A model generated the notes under the pieces. That model did not search any database. It was not told where the DNA came from and saw nothing but the letters and a program-made list of their open reading frames with translations. 64,000 nt of DNA from assembly GCA_002269645.1 (NCBI GenBank), contig NIVC01002960.1, positions 1 through 64,000 of the forward strand, in the 5' to 3' direction. Position 1 is the stretch's first letter, and each line of letters begins with the position of its first letter. A program made the position numbers and the translations under genes. Positions 49,097-59,399 of the stretch are shown here, one piece after another. Origin of the DNA: Macrostomum lignano. Its lineage: Eukaryota.

Positions 49097-51784
49097 TGTG
49101 GCAGAAGTACATAATGACAAAACAAAATTTACAGTCCAGAACCACCAAGTATCTTTTACAGAGAAGACAGATATAATAGGTTAAGTCTAATCCTCCAATA
49201 CTAAATCTTAACCTATTGCTTAAGGTGATTGCTGTATGCAATCCTTGAGCCAAGGGTAAGACATTAATAAGTATTAATATTAAGTATTATTACCTTTCCT
49301 AATATAAGCCTTATAATTTCATACAAGGGCTGTCCCAAAAGTAGTGTTACTTTTCATTATATCTCTCATTCTACTGATCCAAATAATATCATTTTGCATA
49401 GATTTATAGCAGCAACTTTTTTCTTTATATTAACTTTAACATCATTAAAAACAGACAATGGAAATAGAAATAGAAGTTATAAACTAAAATGTAGTAGGAG
49501 CTTGATAATTGTCAACAAGTTAACAAAATCTATCTAGTCATTAAGTCTATCTTCAAGTATATAGCCATTATGAACATAGGTATATTTATTTCTTAATAAT
49601 AACTCTAATTTAATCTTTTTGCAAAAGATTAGGCCTAATTCTTACTGTTTTTACATTTTAATAGGTTAGGCTACCTTTGTTGCCTTCAATTAAGAAAAAG
49701 CTTAATTTATTGAATTATGTCTAAAATATTTTTTAGGAAAACAAAATTGAAGACATTGATTGGCTATTTAGCAAAAATAGCAAAAAAAATTTTGGTTCTC
49801 CTTTGTATTTTAGGCCTAAGGCAAACTTTTGTAAATATTATTGCAAAAGGTTTTTGGCTATTTAAGTTATATTATATTTTTATTAATAGATAAGAGATAT
49901 CCCTAAAGAGTCAACATATTAGGCTGTAAAATTAATAAAAAACTTAATGTTAAAAATTCAAAGTATAAAATTAAAAAAAGTTGTATACTAATTTTTCAAA
50001 GTAAAGTTTTTATACTCAGGCAAGCACTAAATGTAAAAGTAGTAAGATTTATCAAATAGGAAAATACTAGGGGCCTAACCTAAAAAAATAACTCAAAATT
50101 TCATTAGAATCCTTACTGGGAATATTGCATAGTATTGTAATAAAATGACTAAGTGTAAAAACTTACTCAACTGCCTATAGTCTATAGACCAGTTATAAGA
50201 TACTATTATAAAAAAAACAATGCTATAAAATAAAGTCTAGCAGTAGCAGATTAAGAGTGGGGAGCACATATTTGCATAAGGTGATTTTTTTATATGGAAT
50301 TATATGAAAATACATATTACAGATAAGTACATATTGAGGTTAGGGCCTACAATACAATATATACTTACAATACAATATATTATATATATTGCACATGTAC
50401 CTACTTTTAGTAATCTGCGCCCCCTATTCAAAATTTTTCTGGATCCACACCTAAGCTAAAGTCTAAGATTTTTATTTATTAGAACAAATAACTTTACTTT
50501 AAATAAATACCTCGAGATTAGGCCTAATTATCTAATAGCCAGCAAACAATACCTAGTGACCCAGCTATATACCCCTATACTATTACTACAAGAAGTATAC
50601 AAAAATCAAGTTGAAAAACCCGCTTTTCTGGTTGCATACAATATATAATTAGACCTATTATGTGCCTTACATAAGCGGCTAAGCCTATCTAGCGAAATGG
50701 GCCAGGGCGACACTCGCCTCCGCCCTCCCAAATGCGTCTTCGGAGCGCCCTGATAAGCCGATGCTTATTTAATTATTAATTAAAAAATAATCGTCTTTCA
50801 GCCTTTTAAAATGTTTCAAAACGATATTAGTGTAAAAGTATAACAAAGAGCTAGCAACACTATCCTGGTTTCTTGGATCAACTAGAAACTACACAGCTAC
50901 ATAGCTCATTTATTACATAGTTTAAGTATTTTCGGTCAAAATTAATTTTGTTCATTCATGGGTCTAAACTTGGAAAAATGGGTTGATAACCGTTGATTGA
51001 ACCGTCGTTTCTAAGATTATTGAAAATTGAAATAATCGATTAACCAGAATAATCACGTAAGCCTGCCTGGCTCAAACATTTAATTTTCTGCAATAATTAT
51101 CACCAAGAAAACGAGGAAAAGTACATGGAAAGTGAGTAGTGAGCACGCGATTCTTGAGCGGCATCCTTTGTAGTCAGCAAACATTTCAATTTTGGCCGAA
51201 GAAATGAAGAAATAAAAATTGAATAAGTAAAGCTTATGAACTGAAGGAACTGAAGGAACTGAAAGAACCTCACAAAGCACAAAATCGTGTATCTTTTCTA
51301 CCGTACATGTGTATTCTCTGTCTTTGCAGCGGGATTCCAAAGTTTGTGCCCTGTGCATGTGAGGTTAAATTTCAATAAAGTCGAGAAGCCTACCGTGCCT
51401 TATAGGGTCCATGAAAGCCGGGTGGTTTATTGAAATCCAGTCGTGGTTTTCATGCATTCAGTTCTCATTGAAGACAGCATCATTAATTAGGACAGTTCTG
51501 CCAGAGATTTGGCGATGCAGAGCAAAGTGAGCAAAAGCCACAACTACATGTATTGTATGGAAGCCAGAAGTTTATTCACACAATAGACAACCTCGCATCT
51601 CACCCTGCCGAATTATCCAGCTAGCTGAACTGATAAGCATAATGAAATTTATGTCCAGAGTGCATAAGCCCCACTGGTCGTTGGCAACTTTCTATAAAAC
51701 TCTACCTTAACAAGTGCGCGGTGTCCTATACATGACTCTGTAATCTGCTCTACTGTGTATAAATTTTCTGTTTTCCCTGCTTCT

Positions 51785-52246
51785 CATTCGAGCGCGTGAT
51801 AGGAGCTTCAACTGGGGTCCTGGGGTCAAGCTGTAGGCTGTAAATCAGACTGTAGGGCGAGCGCTCTCGTGGGGTAGTTCGTCCCAAACTGCCGGCAATC
51901 CCGCGCGGCTCTTCCCTGTCCTTCTGCAGAGCCCTGCTTGGACTCAACCGGGGAAAAATCCGCAGTGAGGAATGCTTATTCTGCTTCTACAGCCTTGAGA
52001 ATGCAAAGCAATTTATTTGTGAATGACCCAGGTTCGTCTATCTTGGCCCAAACCGGGACCTTTCCGACGTTTTCAGGCCAAAGTCCCTGAGACACTCCGA
52101 GTTTGCGGACACCACCACCACCAGCTCTCTCTGAGCGACACCGCAGCACCAGCTGCCCTTGGTCGCCAGGGGTTAGCGGAATGGGCGTCAACGCCTCCCG
52201 CTGTATCCGGATGCCCCGGAGCCCCCGGCAGCAGTCAAATAAGTCA
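51785..52246 (+). mobile_element. Decayed 5'-truncated relative of the 57-63-kb LINE (RNase H end, zinc knuckle, 3' UTR, tail)
   Basis: Residual CRQSRAALPC, RALLGLNR and EEC.FC..ENA..FIC similarity to LINE ORF2 with stops and deletions; shared 3' structure and GTCAAATAAGTCA tail. Confidence 0.8.
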
Positions 52247-52879
52247 TTGTTTTTGTGCTTGAGCCTTTTTATTTGAGGGACTATTAGATAAATTCTTTTT
52301 ACTTGAGAGTCTCTTAGTGGCCCAAAGCTAATAAATCAATAATGTATTGATTGGATTAACGAATTCGCGATCAGCGGAAGACAGCTAATTGATTATTCTT
52401 TTTGGCGCCAAACTTCTTGCAGCGTGCCTCATAGTGGGCTGTTCTGCTGCAGTCTGAAATCCCGTTCAGCCTTACAGGACATTTCTATGGCCCTTAATAA
52501 AGTCTGCCAATCGACTGAGTTGACAAACTGAATTCCTAGTTCAAATAACATGGAAAATACATTGGAGCATTCGAATTTCGAATTATTTCTTAAGAGTGGT
52601 TCAAGGCTGACCTGATCGCATATTAATAAATGGGAAATTCATGGAGCTCATGGTGTCAATTCAGGCATCATCCATAAAAGCCATGCATCGGCAGTCATGC
52701 AGTTGGGTATTAATGCACACTGGGTACCCTACAGTTTATTGTCCATCGTGAACTTTTATCTAGCTTAGCGGCAACAAACTTGTTCAAGAGGGGTCACAAA
52801 TTCGATGACAACCGGGAATTGTGCAAGAAATGTGCTCTTGCGAGTAATCAAATGAAGTCACATGGAAACTAACTGTTGT

Positions 52880-53400
52880 TTGAAAATTGTCATAATCAGT
52901 TTGTTAAAATGCTTCCCAGAAGCTGTCAGTCAGGCAGCTGGCTGAGCCAGATGGAGATTGCGCTATTCTTTAAGCTCAGCTCAGCTCTCTCTTTTTTGAA
53001 CATCCTGGCAACCCCCGGAATGTATCACTTCTCACCACAGCATATTCTGTGCTTCGCACTACCTGGGTAGGCATGCAAGACGCGCCTTCCTTCATTGCGC
53101 AGTCATTGCGCAGCAGACGCAATTGCGCGGTAGATAATGAGTAATCACCACTGTTTTTAGGAGCTATTAAATTGGATATTCGTGCGGTAAGACTGGACTT
53201 GCACAAATCAACTGCAAGTATAAAGATTGAAATATTCCTTTGTTCGGTTTTATTTTCTGCGTAGTCGTTGCTGAGCGGCGCAGGGAGATGAGGCGCAAAA
53301 ACGGTACTGCAGCATTCTCCAATCTGCGAGGCTGCAGAATCAAATGCGACTAACGAGCTACCAAGCCGCGAGATTCTACCAACCAGTCTGATGGTTGTTT
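52880..53400 (-). mobile_element. Possible highly decayed RTE-like reverse-transcriptase fragment
   Basis: Only scattered RT-like words in the expected order (AFDS, IFILAVDL, TEY, frameshifted WEAFNKL); no intact catalytic motif. Confidence 0.25.
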
Positions 53401-53889
53401 GATGAGCAGCGATGAGCAACAAGACAATTTTGGAAGCAGCGTGTTAAAACAACAAAACTAAAAAATACAGCACTAGATAAATACAAAAGCATTGAGCCGC
53501 ACTTCGGATTAGAAAGACGGTATCACCCAGTGGACATGTTCCAGAAGCGAGAGCACTGGAACACAGCAAAAATTGAAAATCTATCATGTAGGGCTATGCC
53601 GGGACTAAGTCATGCAATACAATAAAACTAATTCACAAAAGAGGTACAACAGTCAACAATACTGTTAGTGATTGGTGACCCGCAGTTACTTGCAATGGGT
53701 GCATGACATCAATAGTGCTGTACACACTATACTCGTATGGAGCCTTTTCATTTAGAATTTTGGGATGCGCGATTGCAAGCTGATCGACTATTTAGTAATC
53801 AACTGCTTCTTGATCGCTGTGACAGAAATGGGGGAAGTTCACCTGTGCAAAACCATGAAATCGAGTTCGTCTGTCATGCAAGGCCATGG

Positions 53890-56800
53890 CTACACAGAAA
53901 ATCGGTGATCTCGCCTTTCCAGATCAGCCTGGCACAGTACAAGCGCATCGGCCAGGACTGACTTGCGCTTGTTGGCATTGGATAGGTTCGCCGAGTAGCC
54001 GCACTCGAACATTGAGATCTGGTCGATATCTGGAATGTCGTCCCGACGACGGTAACCACCGTGTCGGAAGTTGACGATTTCGTACTCGTCGGGGGCTGGC
54101 GGCTGCGTCTCCGTTCGGTGCGGCGTAGGCTTAGCTCCAGTCTCGGTGAGCTGAACTGTCGACTCAACTTCGTTCTCGTTGGCGCAGAGAGCTGCGCTGG
54201 TGTATTTGCTCTTCCTGCCGAGGCACCGGCGCAGCGAGTGGATAGGAAGCGACATCAGCAGTACTAGAAGCATCGCCACTACCAGAGCCAGGCTCAGGGT
54301 TATTACCGTTTGGCTGGAGACGCGCAATTCGAATTCTTCTTCTTTGGTCGCATTGGGTTCTAAATTTGAGTTTATTGTATGACAAAGTGACAGTAAATGA
54401 CAGTCAGGCAAAGAGTGCTTTGAGTATGTGTGTACTAGTTATAGTTACATCTACATGCATGAGATGTAGGTAAAATGCACAAATATCAATCCCTTGCTCA
54501 CTAAACTCCGAGATGCGATAGACAAAGGTCTTGACAAACAAGTTGTCTTGGTGAACCCGGCAGACGATTTTGCCACCGGCATGAGAGGCGTTCGGGCCGG
54601 GAAGTCTCACCAAGTAGCTGCTGCTGGACAGCTCGTTTGCCTCGTTGATCACTTGCTGCTGCGCGGGTTGCAACGGGAATGTTTTACTTTGGATCAAAGG
54701 ATTCGGTAATATCAAGCCAGGGACTATTATGCTAGAAGTAGACTATTAAACCACTAAGCCTGTGATGTTATTGTCTGCTTGTGTGATCTACCTGACGTGT
54801 GGGATCTGCTCCACAATCACTTAACTTCCCATCGCTTAGTACTCAGCAATCCATGCACTACTTACCTCACTTTCTGGCTGCAAAGTCAGCTTCACGGAAC
54901 TGTTGGCCACCAGCAGCTGGCAGTTCGAACTTGTGGCTGGATTCCCGGAACTGAACTCGCAGGTGGCTCTCACCTCCCAAAGCGATTTAGTGAACCGGCA
55001 ACTCTTTTGCGATTTGGAGAGCTCTAAAATTGCCAGTGAGCATTTCTTGTTCCCTAGACGGGTTTCAGGAACCGAACATGTTTGATTCCGAAAGTCTCGC
55101 AATTCACAACGAGTTCTTACCTGGAACTTTGTGGACAAACACTGCCGTTTTATATCCATCTTGTTCGAGTGTGCAGGTGACATTTGAACCCGGTTTTAAT
55201 TTACCTTTCGGCACAAAAAAACTGCTAGTTTGAGTTCCGCTTTTTCGAATCTAAAAGTTTAAAACCGCTTGGTGCTTTGTGAAAGCCGCATAAACACTGT
55301 AAACAAAAATGCTCTCAGTATCGTTGCAGCGTTTCTAACCGTTTGATTTGACATCAGCAGCTGGGCTTCGGTGCTGTTAGAACGAACTGTGCAGCCATGC
55401 CTCGATGGTGGCAGGCCTCTGCCGGTGAAGCATGTCACCTGAAGGCCGCCTTTCACTCGAGAAAAAGTGCAATTCTTTACCGACTGTTTAAAGTCTGGAA
55501 TGCGCAGGCTGAACCGCTTAGCGTAGAATCGGCCCTGTCGTAGGACGCAAGTTACGGTGCCGCCTTGGTCTGCCCAGGTGTTGTTAAACGCCATCTCGGT
55601 GATGTATGAGGCATCCTGGAACTAAGGAAGAGGGGAGGGGTGACCATGAAATTCGGTGGAAATTTGAAACGTACATTTCACATTTCTGACGAAGTACATG
55701 ACGTCTAAGGCACAAACAGCAGTGAGGTCACCTACAACGCATCGAAAGGAATACTAAATGTGAAAGCAAATTAAATCAAATTTTGAGAATGAAGAACCTT
55801 AGCCATGAACGGTGCAACTTCAGTTTCCTCGACTGTGTCCGTCTTCCAGCATCTGTGCTCAGTTTCAGGGAAACCGCCTTCGGACTGACACCGAATGATG
55901 ACGCCAAAGTCGCCCTTTAGGACTCGAGTGCAGTTTTTGGTCGACTCAGATGCAACTGGAAGCAAATGAAATTTTAAATCAAATGTGCTCAATATGAGCT
56001 CAGTATACTCAGGTCAGATTTGCTCAACAGAGACTTACAGATGAACCGTAAGAATCCTGTAGGAAACACTTTCCGATTGAAGGATTCAGTGAAGCTGTTG
56101 AAAGCAATGCTCTGCTGCACGCTACACTCGATGCTCGCGTTCTGATTGTCTTTACTGACGGGTACAGAGAAGGTCGTGACAAAAGCGTTCAGCTGGAGGA
56201 GTAAGCGAGCAGAAAATGTTACTGTGAAAGTTTCCATAACCAATAGATTTGTAAGTCATTCATCAACTCACCCCCAAATTGGTTACGGACACTACACGAG
56301 CCGCCTGACGGAAGCCACTTCCTGCTCTGACGAGTTCACAGCGGTGCTGCGGTTGAGGATATCCGGAATTCGATGTGCAGGTGAAATTCACCGAAGAGCC
56401 CTCGACTGCCAGTCCAGCAGCAGTGGAGAAGTTGCAGGCTGTGTCTGCGCTAACTGAAATGCACCAAGTAAACTTGACTTTTAACCCTCAGCTTAGCCGC
56501 AAATCAAGCAGCAAAATTGAATTTCCACTCACCCAGAGGCTTCAGGCTGACTTCAATTTGCAGTCTCTCATCTCCGCGGTTGTAGTCGCACCAGAGCTTT
56601 GCAGGCTTTGTGGAGTCCTTCAGCGACTTCAGGGTGTTGATTAAGTCGCGCTCCAGCTCCACGTGCGCCATCGTGTTCAGCGGACGCTGCAGGATTGATT
56701 TTTGAGATAAGCTCGCGAATGTGATCTCCAGTACTGAAAAGGCTTCAGCATCCTTACCGGCTGATAAGCGATGACGTTCGGGATGCTGGACCGAATCCGT

Positions 56801-56909
56801 GGCCAGCCCTCAGGCAGGACTTCGCACCAGACTTTGTACACCACTCCGGGCCTGATTAGCAGAGTGTCATTGGCTCTCAGCTGCTTGCCCGTGAGGCCGG
56901 ACCACTCGT
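53890..56909 (-). CDS. Type I membrane receptor with five Ig-like repeats, TM helix and Tyr-containing tail; 5'-incomplete (~665 aa visible)
   Basis: Exons 56909-56758, 56686-56533, 56453-56272, 56192-56039, 55955-55798, 55621-55340, 55250-55121, 55023-54866, ~54658-54502 and 54359-53890 are all phase-consistent. Repeated C-x-F..V-x-C-x4-G-x-P motif, many N-x-S/T sequons, TM TVITLSLALVVAMLLVLLMSLPI. Signal-peptide exon not found. Confidence 0.8.
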
Positions 56910-57006
56910 CTGAAAGTCCGGAAAGCAGCGCTGTTTATGTAGAGCTTGTAGATCAAAGCTATGGACAGAGGAACCAAAGGGCAATTTAGAAAGGAGATTA
57001 GTTTAT

Positions 57007-57274
57007 CAGGGGCGTCGCCATGGATTTTATGGTGGGGGAGAAAGCCAAAAATTCAACATGTACATGTACATGACTAAATTCCTACTTTTCCATTATTCTG
57101 AGAATCGTGTTGTCAGCACTCATTTTGGCGCCGCAGGCACTCATTTTGGCGCCGCAGGCATTCCTTTTAGCGCCGTAGGCACTCATTTTGTCGCCAAAGG
57201 CGCTATATTTTGGCGCCCTGAAGAAAATTTATTGATTACCCTCTAGCCCTGTCCCCCCGGTGGCGATGCGCCTG
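57007..57274. mobile_element. MITE-like element with imperfect ~14-bp TIRs and internal 21-bp repeats
   Basis: CAGGGGCGTCGCCA ... TGGCGATGCGCCTG; internal GCACTCATTTTGGCGCCGCAG x3-4. Confidence 0.65.
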
Positions 57275-57683
57275 TAGTTAATTAAGTTTTGCGAATGCAC
57301 CAGACATAACTGATGCAGTTGTATTCCCGGATAACATCCGGTCTGGAGGAAGTTTGGGCTGACAGCTTGACGTGGATTCGTCATTAATGAGGCGTTTGAT
57401 GGTGCGGGGGCTGTTGCCCCCAGGACCCCGGGTCCTGCACGTAATGGCGTGGTGAACTATCTGTGCAGTATGAGACTGGTATGGCCTTTATCCCAGCCAG
57501 CGATGCTCACACCTGCCTCCCCTGGCGGGCTGATAGCTCAAGAGACTCTGTCTCCTGATTTTCACCTTGCAAGGCGCACTTCGAAGGGTACTCGTCCCGT
57601 GGGTGTTAAGGCAGGCCCCCTTGGGCCCTGCCGAGCTGATTCGTTGGCGCCGGGTCCTGGTGTGACCATAAACGCACCCTCTA

Positions 57684-59399
57684 ATGTCCCAGTGTAACTC
57701 CGTGCTGATGGACGCTTGGCCAGGGAGTAGTCTGGTCGCTAACGGTTCCCCTTGCGCTTTTGGGTCCCCCGCAGGGTGGTATTTTGCTTTTTGGGGGCCT
57801 GCCGCTTGGTTTGGGGTTGCGGCCTTGCGGCTCTTTGCCTGTGTTCTGCAGGAAGTCCCACCTTTTTACTTCCAGCCAATGGCTTCTAACCGAAGTAACA
57901 AACCGGCTGTGGATGACACAGTGCCTCCGGCCTCGGCTGGGGCCGTGGACTCCTCGGCCATACCACCTGCTACCATCGGGGACGCCTCGGCGAGACCCGT
58001 GGAGCCAACTCTGAGCGGTGCCTCCGAGAAGACACCTGCTACTCTAGCTGCTAAGAAACGCAGCACCACCTCTGGAGCTGCCCGCCGTCGACTTAACAAG
58101 GCGAGGCGGGCCAAGGAGGGCGGAAGCCAAACCGGTGCCAGGGGCCAACGGCCCGCGGCAGCGGAAGCTTCCCAGTCTGGGGCGGTGGCGGAAGAGGGCC
58201 TCGAGCCCACGGAAGCCCCTGCCCAGGATAGGGAGGCCGATGCAGCCGGGAGGGTGGACAGCCCACCTGAAGAAAGCTCCACTGACCCCCGGGCCTCCTA
58301 CGCTGATGCGGCAAAGAGGCAACCGGCGGTTGTCATCCTGGGAAAGGACGCGCGCCTGTCTCCCGATCAGCTGAAGCAGGTGAGAAGTGCCGTTGATGGC
58401 CTCCTGTGGAAGCAAACTCTGAAGGGCACGCCTCTGAACATTCATTCGAATGCGACGAGGGACTCGTGCCTTCTCATTTGGCCCAGTGATGCTGACTCGG
58501 GTCGGCGGCTCCTTGAGCTGCTGCCCGAGCAGAGCTGGGACCTCAACCTAGCCTTCTGCAGAGAGGACGAGCGCCCCCGGACCAAGAGGCATCGAATCTG
58601 GGTCCCGGCCAGGAGCGTTGTTACCTCTGCTGACGAGCTCCGGAAAGGACTGCTAGCAGTCAACCGGGAGCTTCCCGCCGCGGGCCTAGTGGTGCATGAC
58701 ACCCTTAAGCGCACCGACGGCACTGGCTTCACAGCCATCCTGGGGCTGTCGGACGCCTGGATGAGGCGTTATCCACACGGCAGCTTCATCAACGTCGGCC
58801 TTTGGAAGCTGCGCATCCGCTCCTACGAGGCCGACCCTCCCCGTGGCAGTGAGCAGGGCGGGCGGGATGCGGAGGCGGCCGGGGCCGAGGCGCAAGCCTC
58901 TGCTCAGACTGCCAAAGCAAACCGCCCTGCCCGGCAGCACGGCCGCGCGGGCAAAGCTGAGCGCGCTGCTGAGGGCGGAGGCGACCGACGCCCGGCGCGC
59001 AGCACCAAGCGGCGCGGCCTGTACCAGCGTGCAGCTGAGGCAGTCCGTACCGCCAAAATCTCCCAGCTGAGGCGAGAGGTCGCCGGGACGCCTAGGCGCA
59101 CCAGTTCGTCCAGGGAGGGTGGGGACGTCCCAGCTGGGCCCAACCCCTCGGGGCAGGGCCGACTGGAGACGGACCCGCCTGCCCAGGCGGCTGGCTGCTC
59201 CAGGGCATTGGGCCAATCTGAGGCGGAGGACCCCATGGATGGTGGGCAAAGGGCGGCGAACGCTGCCTACTGCCTTCCGGCCAATCGGGGGCCTTTTGCT
59301 GAAGAAGAGCCCATGGACACCGGCGACCCCGACCCGAAGCCGGTGAGCGCCGAGGAGGAGGAGGAACTCCTGGCGGCTGCAACATCCGATCTGCAATGA
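57684..59399 (+). CDS. LINE ORF1 (gag-like nucleic-acid-binding protein); likely start is ATG 57879 (MASNRSNK)
   Basis: 571-aa open frame, basic and low-complexity, SYADAAK motif; the central RIWVP..LLAVNREL segment resembles ORF1 of LOA/Lian-type elements (inference). Confidence 0.85.
   Translation: MSQCNSVLMDAWPGSSLVANGSPCAFGSPAGWYFAFWGPAAWFGVAALRLFACVLQEVPPFYFQPMASNRSNKPAVDDTVPPASAGAVDSSAIPPATIGDASARPVEPTLSGASEKTPATLAAKKRSTTSGAARRRLNKARRAKEGGSQTGARGQRPAAAEASQSGAVAEEGLEPTEAPAQDREADAAGRVDSPPEESSTDPRASYADAAKRQPAVVILGKDARLSPDQLKQVRSAVDGLLWKQTLKGTPLNIHSNATRDSCLLIWPSDADSGRRLLELLPEQSWDLNLAFCREDERPRTKRHRIWVPARSVVTSADELRKGLLAVNRELPAAGLVVHDTLKRTDGTGFTAILGLSDAWMRRYPHGSFINVGLWKLRIRSYEADPPRGSEQGGRDAEAAGAEAQASAQTAKANRPARQHGRAGKAERAAEGGGDRRPARSTKRRGLYQRAAEAVRTAKISQLRREVAGTPRRTSSSREGGDVPAGPNPSGQGRLETDPPAQAAGCSRALGQSEAEDPMDGGQRAANAAYCLPANRGPFAEEEPMDTGDPDPKPVSAEEEEELLAAATSDLQ

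Noticed and set aside
57505-57535. HDV-like P3/L3 (GCC-TCCCCT-GGC) in the LINE leader
   Set aside because: The loop lacks the conserved G, and there is no GG linker or convincing P1/P2
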